The notes beneath the pieces are model-generated. The model searched no databases. It was not told the DNA's origin and was given only the letters and a program-made list of their open reading frames with translations. Below are positions 19,344-33,002 of a stretch of 64,000 bases of DNA, one piece after another. Position 1 is the stretch's first letter, and each line of letters begins with the position of its first letter. Made by a program: the position numbers and the translations under genes. The DNA comes from Clostridiales bacterium (GTDB lineage Bacteria > Bacillota > Clostridia > Monoglobales > WRBX01): NCBI GenBank assembly GCA_031263785.1, contig JAISFC010000023.1, positions 20,679 through 84,678 of the forward strand. The letters are read 5' to 3'.

Positions 19344-20074
19344 CCGTTTGCTTTTTTGTAGCGCACCACGCATAAGACGCCTGCCACAAAAGTGGAGCAT
19401 ATTTCCGCCGAAATTAAAAATACAAAAAAATTCCCAATGGGGCTTATCAATGTGCAAAAGCTGTATAACGCCGCTAAAACCGCGGTAATTGCCACGAATC
19501 CTTTCCACGCGTACGCGTCCATGCGCAAAGACGGCATAGGTGCGCTGAACCCGACTAAAATTCCGTAACACAAAAGAGGCGCAAGACGCACGATTAAGCT
19601 GCCCGAAAAGCGCATCCTCCCTGCCGCCAATAGCACCGCGTACATAAAAAACGCGCAATCTACCGCGCAAACAGACATCCACCGCACCACACGCGCCAGC
19701 CTCTTTATCCGCCCGCGGTTGCGTTTTTTGCGCTCTGCCCGCCGCCGGTCCTCATGCTTCCTCGTCATCTCCACCGGGTCATAAATCTCGATTATAGTCC
19801 CCTTTTCGCCGCCCGCCCGCGCCGCAAGCCCATGCGGAACCAGCTCCCTATTCATCGCATCCACACATATGGCAGGGTCAAAATACAGGTTGCCGTCCGC
19901 ATAGAATATGTATTCCTTTTTTTCCAGAAATTCCCGCAAATATTTGTCCGCCCATCGCTTACTTTCCTTGGCGTACATGTCCTTAACGGCGGCATATTGA
20001 CGCTCCCTTTCCGCGAGCTCAAGCGCCTTTTTCTCGGGTATCCCTTCAAACGCCCTTCTATAATCCGGCATCAA
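19322..20074 (-). CDS. Hypothetical membrane protein (soluble charged N-terminal half, 3-4 TM C-terminal half)
   Basis: 250-aa ORF with no motif I recognise. An Arg/Lys-rich linker RRRAERKKRNRGRIKR precedes the hydrophobic segments. Confidence 0.5.
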   Translation of the reverse strand: MMPDYRRAFEGIPEKKALELAERERQYAAVKDMYAKESKRWADKYLREFLEKKEYIFYADGNLYFDPAICVDAMNRELVPHGLAARAGGEKGTIIEIYDPVEMTRKHEDRRRAERKKRNRGRIKRLARVVRWMSVCAVDCAFFMYAVLLAAGRMRFSGSLIVRLAPLLCYGILVGFSAPMPSLRMDAYAWKGFVAITAVLAALYSFCTLISPIGNFFVFLISAEICSTFVAGVLCVVRYKKANGKKRRKQ

Positions 20075-20100
20075 ACGCCTCCGTTCCGCAAAACTTTTTA

Positions 20101-20673
20101 TCAGATGTACGCAAATATTTCCGCTAAATTCCTGTATTTCTGCGCATAATCCAACCCGTAGCCCACGACGAACCTGTCGGGTATCTCAAACCCGATATAA
20201 TCCGCCTCCAGCTCTTCGACCCGACGCGCGGGTTTTGACAAAATCACCGCCGTCTTCACGGTTTCCGCCCGTTGCGCAAAAATCACGCGCAGCTTTGCCA
20301 ACGTCGCGCCCGTGTCGATTATGTCGTCCACAAGCAAGACGTGTTTGCCCGATAAATCCGAAATCGTATCCTTGAAAATCGTGACTTCTCCCGTGCTTTT
20401 CATGCCATTCCCGTAGCTGCTCGCGGTGATAAAATCCACTTCCACGTCCAGCTTGGGGTCAAGCTCCCGCATGACATCCGCCAGAAACATCACACACCCG
20501 CGCAAAATCCCCACTAACACCAGCGATTTCCCCTCGTAATCGGCGCTGATTTGACGCGCGATTTCCTTGACCCGCCGCGCGATTTCCTCTTTCGCAATCA
20601 GCCTTTCCATATTCTCCGTCACCCGGCGCTCGCATTCCACAGCCTCGGGTGCCCTATCTGTCGCAGTTATCAA
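20101..20673 (-). CDS. hpt: Hypoxanthine phosphoribosyltransferase
   Basis: PRPP-binding VLLVDDIIDTGATL and C-terminal FVVGYGLDYAQKYRNL. Sits downstream of tilS, as in other Firmicutes. The start is uncertain: TTG 20673 or ATG 20610. Confidence 0.9.
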   Translation of the reverse strand: MITATDRAPEAVECERRVTENMERLIAKEEIARRVKEIARQISADYEGKSLVLVGILRGCVMFLADVMRELDPKLDVEVDFITASSYGNGMKSTGEVTIFKDTISDLSGKHVLLVDDIIDTGATLAKLRVIFAQRAETVKTAVILSKPARRVEELEADYIGFEIPDRFVVGYGLDYAQKYRNLAEIFAYI

Positions 20674-21565
20674 CCCTCACCATCCCCTTCCTCAAACTCA
20701 CCCTAAAACCATCGGGCATCTCAATTATCTTGCCGCCGTAATTTTTCGCTATCATCTCAATGCACGCGTCCACGCGCTCCAGCTGAATCGTCCGCTCTGT
20801 CGACGGCTTAATCAACATCTGCAAAACCCGCCGTTTAATCGCCTTATGTAGGCTATTGAACCAATTTGCGCTGAATTCACCCTCACGCACATTTTCACAC
20901 ATCAGCCGCGCGACCTCCGCCCGCAGAAAATCCTCTTCCTCACGCAAAATTCCGCTCGCCCGCCCCAACGCCTCCAGCCCCGCGTTTTCGTAAATTATCG
21001 GCATAATCTCATGGCGCACCTTGTTGCGGAAAAACTGAGTATCATCATTGGTCTCGTCGCGTAAATATTCAATCGAATTTTCCCTGCAATACTCTTCAAT
21101 TTCCGCCCTCGGCATGTCGATAATCGGGCGAACAACCCGCGTCCCCGCCAGCTCACGGGACCTTATTCCGCAAAGCCCCGCCCTGCCGCTCCCCCGCAAA
21201 AGGTGCATGATAACGCTCTCAGCGCTGTCGTTCGCGTTGTGCGCGGTGGCGATAATTCCGCCGTTTTCACGCGCTATTTCCACAAAAAACTCATATCTAA
21301 GCAGCCGCCCCGCCGTCTCCGTCGAAATCTTATGTTCATGCGCATATGCCTGCACATCCTCGCTGCGCACCCTGCACTCCACGCCCAGCTTATCGCAGGT
21401 TTCCCGCACAAAAAGCGCGTCGGCACCGCTATTTGCGCGCAGCCTATGGTCAAAATGCGCCGCCACAACCTCGCAGCCGCGCCAATCCTCCAGCTCACCC
21501 CGCGCCAGCTTGTGCAACATGCAAATCGAATCCGCGCCCCCCGAAACCCCTGCAATAATCCGCAT
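20654..21565 (-). CDS. tilS: tRNA(Ile)-lysidine synthetase
   Basis: PP-loop AGVSGGADS at the N-terminus and HNANDSAE. The start ATG overlaps the dnaB stop (TAATG). Confidence 0.88.
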   Translation of the reverse strand: MRIIAGVSGGADSICMLHKLARGELEDWRGCEVVAAHFDHRLRANSGADALFVRETCDKLGVECRVRSEDVQAYAHEHKISTETAGRLLRYEFFVEIARENGGIIATAHNANDSAESVIMHLLRGSGRAGLCGIRSRELAGTRVVRPIIDMPRAEIEEYCRENSIEYLRDETNDDTQFFRNKVRHEIMPIIYENAGLEALGRASGILREEEDFLRAEVARLMCENVREGEFSANWFNSLHKAIKRRVLQMLIKPSTERTIQLERVDACIEMIAKNYGGKIIEMPDGFRVSLRKGMVRVDNCDR

Positions 21566-22902
21566 TACTCCACCTCGTGCGCCTTGTCAAGCACGCGGAA
21601 CGTGGTAAATTGCGGGAGCCAGCGCAGCTCCACCATGCCCGTCGGACCGTTTCTGTGCTTGGCAATTATACATTCGGCAATGTTTGGGCGCGCCGTCTGC
21701 GGGTCGTAATAATCCTCGCGATAAAGCATCAAAACCAAATCCGCGTCCTGCTCGATTGCCCCCGATTCGCGCAAATCTGAAAGCGCAGGACGGTTTTTCG
21801 CCCGTCCCTCGGGGTTACGGTTCAACTGCGACAGCACCACCACCGGCACGTCCAAATCCTTCGCCAACAGCTTCAACGTCCGCGATATCTCCGCCACTTC
21901 CTGCTGACGATTATCCGTCCTCCGCGCGCTCTGCATCAGCTGCATGTGGTCTATTATTACCAATCCTAAGCCCTTTTCGCGCTTTAGGCGGCGGCATTTC
22001 GCGCGCATTTCCGCCACGGTGACGCTGCCGCTGTCGTCAATATAAATCGGCACGGACGCGAGCTCCTTTTTGGTGTCTATCAGCTGCCGCCATTCGTCGT
22101 CGTCCAAATCCACCTTCTGGATTTTCGTCAGCTCCACCATGCTATCCATGCTCCACAGCCTGTTTGCAAGCTCCCCACGGCTCATTTCCAGGCTGAAAAA
22201 TGCCGTCGGCACCTCGCTTTTAGCCGCATTTATCGCCAAATTAAGCGCAAAACTCGTCTTGCCCATTGCCGGTCGGGCGGCAATAAGCACCAAATTCGCC
22301 TTGTGCAACCCGTGCAAAATGCTATCCAGCGAGGAAAACTGCGTCATAATGCTGTCATCAACCGCGCCGCCCTCGCGCACCCGCTCAAGCTGCTTGTAAT
22401 TGCTCTCAATTGCCTCGGACAAATATGTAAATCCCTCTAAATCGCGATTTTCCAATATCTCGAAGATGCGCTGCTCCGCCATGTCTAAAATTTCGCTCGC
22501 TTCACCTTCCTGCGAGTAGCTCGCCTTCGCAATCGCCTCCGACGCCGCGATTATCCGCCGCCGCATCGCCTTTTCCTGCACGATCTGCGCGTGATACGGC
22601 AAATTCACCGAGGTCACCACGCTGTTCGCAAGCTCCACCAAATACGGCAGACCGCCCACCTGCTCGAACGTTCCGCGCTTCTCCAGCTGTGACTGCACCG
22701 TCGTTATATCCAGGGGCGCGTCCGCCATGAAAAGCTCGATTATCGCCTCAAACACCGCGCCATTTGACGGCACGTGGAAGTCAGCCGCGCGCAACCCCAT
22801 CTGCGCCGCCTTCTCCACCGCCTCTTTGCTAATCAACATAGCGCCCAAAACCGATTGTTCCGCCAATAAATTGAACGGAATCACTTGCAATTCATTCTCC
22901 AT
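21565..22902 (-). CDS. dnaB: Replicative DNA helicase (DnaB family; DnaC in Bacillus nomenclature)
   Basis: PFNLLAEQSVLGAML, Walker A ARPAMGKTSFALNLA, IIDHMQLM, and SQLNR..E.R. Confidence 0.95.
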   Translation of the reverse strand: MENELQVIPFNLLAEQSVLGAMLISKEAVEKAAQMGLRAADFHVPSNGAVFEAIIELFMADAPLDITTVQSQLEKRGTFEQVGGLPYLVELANSVVTSVNLPYHAQIVQEKAMRRRIIAASEAIAKASYSQEGEASEILDMAEQRIFEILENRDLEGFTYLSEAIESNYKQLERVREGGAVDDSIMTQFSSLDSILHGLHKANLVLIAARPAMGKTSFALNLAINAAKSEVPTAFFSLEMSRGELANRLWSMDSMVELTKIQKVDLDDDEWRQLIDTKKELASVPIYIDDSGSVTVAEMRAKCRRLKREKGLGLVIIDHMQLMQSARRTDNRQQEVAEISRTLKLLAKDLDVPVVVLSQLNRNPEGRAKNRPALSDLRESGAIEQDADLVLMLYREDYYDPQTARPNIAECIIAKHRNGPTGMVELRWLPQFTTFRVLDKAHEVE

Positions 22903-22906
22903 AATA

Positions 22907-23356
22907 TCACTTTTCTTCTACAATATTCACATTCAGGCTCACCCGGACCTCGGGGTGAAGACGCACCTCCACCTCGCGCTCCCCGAGCGTTTTAAACCCC
23001 TCATGCGCGCTCAACCACCGCTTATCAATAATCAGCTTGTACCTTTTCCGCAGCTCTTCCGCGATGTCCTTCGCCGTGACGGACCCGAAAAGCTTCCCGT
23101 TCGCCCCCGATTTCGCGCCAATTTCTATCATCGCGCCGTTCAGCTTGCCCGCCACCTCCTGCGCCTCCGAAAGCTTCAACTCCTCCACCGCCCGCTCATG
23201 CGCCTTTTGCCCCGCGAGCATGTTCAAATTCGCGGGGGTATGCTCCAGCGCGATTCCCTGCGGAAATAGCGCGTTTCTGGCGTAACCGTCCGCAATTTCA
23301 ATTATGTCCCCGCACTTGCCCTTACCCTTTAGGTCCTTTTGCAAAATCACCTTCAT
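22907..23356 (-). CDS. rplI: 50S ribosomal protein L9
   Basis: [36 protein letters not shown]. Confidence 0.95.
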   Translation of the reverse strand: MKVILQKDLKGKGKCGDIIEIADGYARNALFPQGIALEHTPANLNMLAGQKAHERAVEELKLSEAQEVAGKLNGAMIEIGAKSGANGKLFGSVTAKDIAEELRKRYKLIIDKRWLSAHEGFKTLGEREVEVRLHPEVRVSLNVNIVEEK

Positions 23357-23433
23357 AAAAACACCTCTTTCAATATGATTTCATGCCAATCGCGCCGATA
23401 TCGCCCCTGCAACGACCTGCGCAACGCCGCCGC

Positions 23434-25326
23434 TTAATTAATCACCGCAACCTCGTCAATCGCTTGCTTCACTTGGTTCAAAACCGCCGCCATACTGCCC
23501 TTTATTTGCCCGCCCGCGCTGGTCGCGTGACCGCCGCCGCCCAGCGTCTCCATAATCAACTGCACGTTCACCTTCGCAAGGCTCCGCGCCGACACATCGA
23601 CCATTTCGCCCTTTTGGCACAGCGCGAATCCCGCGTCTATCCCGCTTATATTCAGCAAATCATCGGCACACGCGCCCACCTGCGCATGTTTGGGGCTGTC
23701 CTCCAGCTTCGCGATTGCAATGCACCCCCGATAAATTTCGCTCCCCGCGACCGCCTCCGTCTTCTTCATGTAATCCTCAAAATCCACCTGAAACATGCGC
23801 TTAACCGCCACGGTATCAACGCCCATCGACCGCAGATACGACGCCGCCTCAAATGTGCGCACGCCCGTTTTGAAGGTGAAATTTTTGGTATCCAGCACGA
23901 TCCCCGCGTATAAACACTGCACTTCTTCCTGCAAAAGCGGTATCCCGCCGTCGATATACTGCAAAATTTCCACCACCATCTCGCACGTCGACGAAACGTA
24001 CGGCTCGTGGTACGTAAGCGCGGTGTTGCTTATAAAATCCGCGTCCAGCCTGTGGTGGTCAAATATGACTATCTGCGGTCTTCTCTTGAACAATTCGGGG
24101 CATTGCGCAATCGACGCCTTATGGCAATCGACCAAAATCAGCAATTCGCCGGGCTCAAATTCGTCCATCGCAGCCTTCGGCGAGATAAAAACACTGTGAG
24201 AATGCGCGTTTACATACTTTCCGCTTTGCTTTAAAAGCTCCACGAACATTTGCGCGTCGCAGGTCGGCTCGTCGAGGATAATCCGCGGTTCCAGCCCCTT
24301 TTCGCGCACCAGCGCACACAACCCGACCGCTGCCCCGATGCTGTCGGCATCCGCCGATTGATGCCCCATGATAAAAACTTTTTGATTCTTCGGCAGCAGC
24401 TTGACCAGCGCGTCCGCCACCAAACGGGGCTTTACTTTATTGCGACGTTCGACGTCCAACGAGCGACCCCCGAAATACAAAAACCCGCCTGAATTGCACA
24501 CAACCGTCTGGTCGCCGCCGCGCCCCAGCGCCATATCCAACGCATCGTCCGCAAGCAGGCTGGATTGCTGCAATGTCGCGCCCGAATCGCCTATGCCAAC
24601 GCTGATTGAAATAGGAATGCGCCTTTTTTCGTTAATTTCCTCGATAATTTTAAAGAAATTAAATTTATCGTCAATTTGTTCCTGTAGCCTATCATGCTGA
24701 AAAACTATAAAATATTTGTCCTTTTCGTATCTGATTGCCACGCCGTCCAGCAGCTTCACCCAAGCGTTAATTTGCTCGTCAATTTCGGTCAAAATCGCCG
24801 CCGCCTTGCCGGACTCACCATCAGCGCGGTTGTGCTCCAAGCTTTTCACCAAATCATCGTAATTATCGACCATAAGCCAGCAAGCGACCGCCTTGATATT
24901 TTCCAGATTCCTTTCCAAATGCGTTTCCCGAGTGCGGTCTATCAAGTATAAAACAATGGAATAATCCTCATTTTTGGGAGTGTGAGAGATTTTCCCCACA
25001 ACGTCAAACGACAATTCCGCCCCGAATTCATTTTCGGGATTCCTCAACGTCTCCTGTTGAATACGCACATTAAACGCAATCTTCCCCGTCGACACCGTTA
25101 CCCGCGCAAGCTCCTCCTTGATAATTTTTTCAAAAACAGAAACGCCCCCTGCCAAACTATCGGCAAAAAGACTATTATACCACACTATTTCAAGGTTAGA
25201 CGACACCACCACCATCGGCAGCGGAAAATGCAACAAATTGTCCTTCGCGCCGGCGGCATGGAACGCTACGAGTTGCGCCTGCAACCGCTTTGAATTGTTT
25301 CTGCTTTTGAAAAAATTAAACTTCAA
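23434..25326 (-). CDS. DHH/DHHA1 phosphoesterase with PAS-like and degenerate GGDEF-like regions (GdpP/YybT-like c-di-AMP phosphodiesterase), no N-terminal TM helices
   Basis: DHH motif FIMGHQSADADSIGAA, DHH-type FDHHR, and DHHA1 GGGGHATSAG. Position upstream of rplI-dnaB matches yybT in Bacillus. The N-terminus MKFNFFKSRNNSKRLQAQL.. is not hydrophobic. Confidence 0.75.
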   Translation of the reverse strand: MKFNFFKSRNNSKRLQAQLVAFHAAGAKDNLLHFPLPMVVVSSNLEIVWYNSLFADSLAGGVSVFEKIIKEELARVTVSTGKIAFNVRIQQETLRNPENEFGAELSFDVVGKISHTPKNEDYSIVLYLIDRTRETHLERNLENIKAVACWLMVDNYDDLVKSLEHNRADGESGKAAAILTEIDEQINAWVKLLDGVAIRYEKDKYFIVFQHDRLQEQIDDKFNFFKIIEEINEKRRIPISISVGIGDSGATLQQSSLLADDALDMALGRGGDQTVVCNSGGFLYFGGRSLDVERRNKVKPRLVADALVKLLPKNQKVFIMGHQSADADSIGAAVGLCALVREKGLEPRIILDEPTCDAQMFVELLKQSGKYVNAHSHSVFISPKAAMDEFEPGELLILVDCHKASIAQCPELFKRRPQIVIFDHHRLDADFISNTALTYHEPYVSSTCEMVVEILQYIDGGIPLLQEEVQCLYAGIVLDTKNFTFKTGVRTFEAASYLRSMGVDTVAVKRMFQVDFEDYMKKTEAVAGSEIYRGCIAIAKLEDSPKHAQVGACADDLLNISGIDAGFALCQKGEMVDVSARSLAKVNVQLIMETLGGGGHATSAGGQIKGSMAAVLNQVKQAIDEVAVIN

Positions 25327-25449
25327 GCTTTTTCACCTTCTTTCCGAAAGTCCGCCCTGACGGCAAGAATTAAACTCGCTTATAATCATAATAATCAGCT
25401 TTAAATTGAAAACGCGTGGAAAATATATTTCTTAATTTTCCTAAAAAAT

Positions 25450-26982
25450 CTAATTTCGGCTTGCAATAAGGCTTTCACCCGTCATTTCAGCCGCTTTCGG
25501 CAATTTCATAAGCTCAAGGCATGTCGGCGCAATATCCGCCAGCCGCCCGCCGCCGCGCAGCTCAACATTGCCGCCGTTTACCACTATCAACGGCACGGGA
25601 TTCGTTGTGTGCGACGTACACGGCTTGCCGGTTTCGCCGTCAATCATCGCCTCCGCGTTGCCGTGGTCAGCCGTCACAATCGCCGTGCTGCCCGTCTCGC
25701 AAATCACGTCGATTATCTCGCCCAAACACTCGTCCATAGCCTCAATCCCCGTCACCGCCGCGGAAATATTCCCCGTATGCCCCAACATATCGGGGTTCGC
25801 AAAATTGACTACGCCGAACGCGTACTCCCTGCTTTTAACATATTCCAGCACCCCGTCCTTGATTTCAAACGCCCGCATTTTAGGGGATAAATCATAGGTC
25901 GCCACCTTCTCGGACGGGATAAGCGTGCGCTCCTCGCCCTCGTATGCGCGCTCCACGCCGCCGTTGAAATAAAAAGTCACGTGCGCGTACTTTTCAGTTT
26001 CGGCAATATGGAACTGTTTCAGCCCCTTTTTCGCGATATATTCCGCAAGACAATTCTCAAAATTCTGCGGTGGATACGCCACGCTCACATTCTTTATTTC
26101 CCTGTCATAAAGCGTCATACATACGTAATGCACAGGGAAAATCTCGCGTTCAAACCCCGCAAAATTCTCGTCAACCAACGCCCTCGTAAACTCACGCGCG
26201 CGGTCCTTGCGATAATTAAAATTAATAACGCTGTCATTCGGGCTTATTTTGGCAATCGGCGCGCCTCCGCTTGTAATCACAATAGGCTCAATAAACTCGT
26301 CCGTAACCCCGTTCGCATACGACCGCTCGATGCCGTTTATCGGGTCGTCATTATACTCGCCCTCGCCCAAAACCAGCGCATTATAGCCCTTTTCCACGCG
26401 CTCCCAGCGATTATCGCGGTCCATGATATAATATCGCCCGCACACGGTCGCAATCCTGCCGACGCCTATTTCCGCCATTTTAGCCTGCAATTCCCGAACA
26501 TAATCAATCGCGCTTTGCGGCGGCGTGTCGCGCCCGTCTGTAAAGGCGTGAACATATACATCCTTCAAGCCATGCCGCGCGGCAAGCTCCAAAAGCGCGT
26601 ATAAATGCGTGTTATGCGAATGTACCCCTCCGTCGGACAGCAAGCCCATGATATGCAACGCCGAATTATTCCGCTTGCAGTTTTCGATTGCACCCAAAAA
26701 CGCGGGATTCTCAAAAAATACGCCGTCATCAATAGCCTTTGAAATCAGCGTCAGGTCCTGATAAACAACCCGTCCCGCGCCCATATTCATATGCCCTACT
26801 TCCGAATTCCCCTGCTGCCCCGCGGGAAGCCCCACATCCACGCCGCTCGCCGCAATTTCCGTGTGCGGGTACGTCTTCATAAGTGCGTCAAAATTAGGCT
26901 TTTTCGCCAACATCACCGCGTTGCCCTGCCCCGTCCCGGCAATCCCGAACCCGTCCAATATGATTAATACCAACATTTTCAT
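25450..26982 (-). CDS. gpmI: 2,3-bisphosphoglycerate-independent phosphoglycerate mutase
   Basis: LIILDGFG, GNSEVGHMNMGAGR, and the C-terminal ADHGNAE. Confidence 0.95.
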   Translation of the reverse strand: MKMLVLIILDGFGIAGTGQGNAVMLAKKPNFDALMKTYPHTEIAASGVDVGLPAGQQGNSEVGHMNMGAGRVVYQDLTLISKAIDDGVFFENPAFLGAIENCKRNNSALHIMGLLSDGGVHSHNTHLYALLELAARHGLKDVYVHAFTDGRDTPPQSAIDYVRELQAKMAEIGVGRIATVCGRYYIMDRDNRWERVEKGYNALVLGEGEYNDDPINGIERSYANGVTDEFIEPIVITSGGAPIAKISPNDSVINFNYRKDRAREFTRALVDENFAGFEREIFPVHYVCMTLYDREIKNVSVAYPPQNFENCLAEYIAKKGLKQFHIAETEKYAHVTFYFNGGVERAYEGEERTLIPSEKVATYDLSPKMRAFEIKDGVLEYVKSREYAFGVVNFANPDMLGHTGNISAAVTGIEAMDECLGEIIDVICETGSTAIVTADHGNAEAMIDGETGKPCTSHTTNPVPLIVVNGGNVELRGGGRLADIAPTCLELMKLPKAAEMTGESLIASRN

Positions 26983-27037
26983 ATCCCGTTAAATGTCTCT
27001 TAACGGCAGCCTCCCTCCATCAAAAAGTCAACGGGAA

Positions 27038-29119
27038 TCATGCCATCGGCAACGTTGCCTTGTGCGACAGATTCACTCTTCCCTGCTGGTCAATCTCGAC
27101 GATTTTCACCTTCATCTCGTCGCCGATTTTAACCACATCTTCCACCTTTTCCACTCGCTCCCTCGCGAGCTGCGATATATGAACCAGCCCGTCTCTCCCC
27201 GGCATAAACTCCACAAACGCGCCGAAATTCATGATTCTCACAACCTTGCCCACGTATATTTCACCCACAACCGGGTCGCGGACGATGTCCTCTATCGTCT
27301 TTTTCGCGGTAATCCCGGACTGCTCATCCGTCGAAAATATCAACACGCGCCCGTCTTCCATAATATCAATTTTAGCCCCTGTATCAGCGACAATTTTCTG
27401 TATGACCTTGCCGCCGGAGCCGATGACGTCGCGGATTTTGTCAACGTCAATTTGAATCGCGATAACGCGCGGCGCATGTGGCGACAGATTGCCGCGTGGC
27501 TCTGCAATCGCGTTTTTCATCACGCCGTCAATAATTTCACAGCGCGACTTGCTCGTCTTTTCCAACGCCTCTTTGATAATTTCAGGCGTAAGCCCGTCTA
27601 TTTTAAGGTCCATTTGGATGGCGGTTATGCCCTTTTTCGTGCCCGCAACTTTAAAATCCATGTCCCCGTAAAAATCCTCTATGCCCTGAATGTCAAGCAT
27701 CGTCTTGTACTCCGCCCCGCGCGTCACCAGACCGACAGAAATGCCCGCAACCGCCGCTTTAATCGGCACTCCCGCGTCCATCAGCGCAAGCGTACTCCCA
27801 CAAACGCTCCCCTGCGACGTGGACCCGTTGGAAGTCAACACCTCCGAAACAAGCCGTATCGTGTACGGGAACTCCTCTTCGTTGGGCAAAACTGCCTCTA
27901 ACGCGCGCTCCGCAAGCGCCCCGTGACCAATCTCACGCCGCCCGGGTCCCCGCGACGGACGCGTCTCCCCCACGCTGTACGAAGGGAAATTATAGTGGTG
28001 CATATACCGCTTTTCATCGTCTAATTCGATACCGTCCAGCCGCTGCATGTCGCCCAACGCGCCCAACGTCGCCACCGTCAGCACCTGTGTGTATCCGCGC
28101 GCAAAAAGCCCGCTCCCGTGCGTACGCGGCAGCACTCCAACCTCGGCGCTCAACTCGCGAATATCCTCCAGCCCGCGCCCGTCCACGCGCTTCCCATCGT
28201 CAAACAGCCATTGCCGCACAATCTGCTTTTGCAGCTTATACAAGCATTCCCCCACTTTTGAATCCTGCTCCGCGTAAGTATCCGAAAAATGCCTCTTCGC
28301 CTCGTCGCAGACGGCGTCCACCGCCTCGTCCCGCGCGCCTTTTACCGCGTTATTTAGGGCAATTTTCAGCTTGTCCTCCGCGTATCCCTTGACCGCCTCA
28401 TACATGCCCTCATCGACGGCTTGCGACTCATATTGCGTCTTAGGGGCGCCCACCTCGCGCACAATCCCGTCAATAAAAGCGCAAATCTTCTTGATTTCCT
28501 CATGCGCGCGCATAATCGCGTTGAACATCGCGTCGTCCGGGACCTCCTTCGCCCCCGCCTCAATCATCACGACCTTGTTCGCCGTCGCCGCCACCGTCAG
28601 CGCAAGCTCGCTCCGCTCCCGCTGCTGCGTCGTGGGGTTAATCACAACCTCGCCGTCCACCAGCCCCACCTGCACCCCGCCAATCGGCCCGTTAAACGGT
28701 ATCTTGGACATGGACACCGCCACCGACGCGCCTATCATTGCCGCAATTTCCGGCGAATTGTCCTGCTCCACGGACATCACCAGCGCCACAATGCTCACGT
28801 CGTTGCGCAAATCGCTCGGGAAAAGCGGGCGCATGGGGCGGTCGATAACCCTCCCCGTCAAAATCGCCTTCTCGGTGGGACGCCCTTCACGCCTCATAAA
28901 CCCGCCGGGAATCTTGCCGACGGAATACATACGTTCCTCATAGTCCACGCTCAGCGGGAAAAAATCAATCCCTTCCCGCGGTTTGTCCGACATCGTCGCG
29001 GCGCAGTGAACAACGGTGTCGCCGTAACGCACCATGCACGCCCCACTCGCCAAATGTGCGGTCTTCCCGATTTCAACCGTCAAAGTCCTGCCCGCAAGCT
29101 CCATTGTAAATTTATTCAT
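27038..29119 (-). CDS. pnp: Polyribonucleotide nucleotidyltransferase (PNPase)
   Basis: Two RNase PH domains, a KH domain (IRDVIGSGGKVIQKI) and an S1 domain (GEIYVGKVVRIMNFGAFVEF). Sits downstream of rpsO. Confidence 0.95.
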   Translation of the reverse strand: MNKFTMELAGRTLTVEIGKTAHLASGACMVRYGDTVVHCAATMSDKPREGIDFFPLSVDYEERMYSVGKIPGGFMRREGRPTEKAILTGRVIDRPMRPLFPSDLRNDVSIVALVMSVEQDNSPEIAAMIGASVAVSMSKIPFNGPIGGVQVGLVDGEVVINPTTQQRERSELALTVAATANKVVMIEAGAKEVPDDAMFNAIMRAHEEIKKICAFIDGIVREVGAPKTQYESQAVDEGMYEAVKGYAEDKLKIALNNAVKGARDEAVDAVCDEAKRHFSDTYAEQDSKVGECLYKLQKQIVRQWLFDDGKRVDGRGLEDIRELSAEVGVLPRTHGSGLFARGYTQVLTVATLGALGDMQRLDGIELDDEKRYMHHYNFPSYSVGETRPSRGPGRREIGHGALAERALEAVLPNEEEFPYTIRLVSEVLTSNGSTSQGSVCGSTLALMDAGVPIKAAVAGISVGLVTRGAEYKTMLDIQGIEDFYGDMDFKVAGTKKGITAIQMDLKIDGLTPEIIKEALEKTSKSRCEIIDGVMKNAIAEPRGNLSPHAPRVIAIQIDVDKIRDVIGSGGKVIQKIVADTGAKIDIMEDGRVLIFSTDEQSGITAKKTIEDIVRDPVVGEIYVGKVVRIMNFGAFVEFMPGRDGLVHISQLARERVEKVEDVVKIGDEMKVKIVEIDQQGRVNLSHKATLPMA

Positions 29120-29160
29120 TATATTATCCTCTCTAACTTCGTAGTAAACTGCATGAACCG

Positions 29161-29427
29161 CTATTTTCTCAAGCCGAGCTTCTCAATAATCGCCCTGTAC
29201 CGCTCGATATCCACCTTTGTCAAGTAACTAAGCAGCGCGCGACGCTTCCCGACCATTTTAATAAGCCCCCGCTGTGAGTGATGGTCCTTCTTGTTTTCCT
29301 TCAAATGCTCGTTGAGATAGTTAATCCGCGCTGTCAGAATCGCGATTTGTACCTCGGGCGAGCCTGTGTCACCCTCATGCCTTTCATTTTCTTTAATAAT
29401 TGCCAATTTCCCCTCTTTTGATAACAT
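29161..29427 (-). CDS. rpsO: 30S ribosomal protein S15
   Basis: [45 protein letters not shown]. Confidence 0.95.
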   Translation of the reverse strand: MLSKEGKLAIIKENERHEGDTGSPEVQIAILTARINYLNEHLKENKKDHHSQRGLIKMVGKRRALLSYLTKVDIERYRAIIEKLGLRK

Positions 29428-29612
29428 TTTAATACCTCCTGTTTTTTAACCGCGAAACCGCGCCGGAGGTCGAGGAACCTCAAACCCCGTTTCGGGAATA
29501 TCTATATTGAATATATCATAAATTTCCCAATTTGTCAAACATTATTTTTACAATGCACGGCGAAAAAATATTTGTGACAATCCCCGCGGCATTCTTATTT
29601 CGTAATATTTAC

Positions 29613-29644
29613 ACCAAAACGACGCGGTTCAATGTCCGCGCCGT
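29613..29644 (-). terminator. Rho-independent terminator of LRR cassette 1
   Basis: The minus-strand RNA forms ACGGCGCGG, an 8-nt loop, CCGCGUCGU (9 bp, one G-U), then UUUUGG. The same element follows cassette 2. Confidence 0.55.
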
Positions 29645-29670
29645 TTGTTTTCTATGATTAATTCGTTGTT

Positions 29671-32926
<3,256 letters not shown>

Positions 32927-33002
32927 GTTTTCGCTTCCTCCTTTGTAAATTTAAAAATCTTATTGACTGTACTGTATCATAAAAAAACAGTCACGTGGGA
33001 TT

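Noticed and set aside
19296-19682. 128-aa minus-strand ORF overlapping the 250-aa hypothetical gene in another frame
   Set aside because: It lies entirely within the longer ORF 19322..20074, has an Arg/Gly-rich composition, and lacks an SD.
26985-27006. CCGTTAA-7 nt-TTAACGG hairpin between pnp and gpmI as a terminator
   Set aside because: No U-tract follows it on the transcribed (minus) strand. It may be only an mRNA-stabilising or processing hairpin.
26993-29227. Long plus-strand ORFs (26993..27901, 28371..28943, 28421..29227) overlapping pnp
   Set aside because: They are antisense to a full-length PNPase with all domains. Their translations are Arg/His/Pro-rich and carry no motifs.
29428-29520. 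rpsO (S15) autoregulatory leader structure
   Set aside because: A hairpin (GAGGT-TCCTC-GACCTC) exists upstream of rpsO, but I cannot match it to a defined S15 leader model by eye. It would need cmscan.
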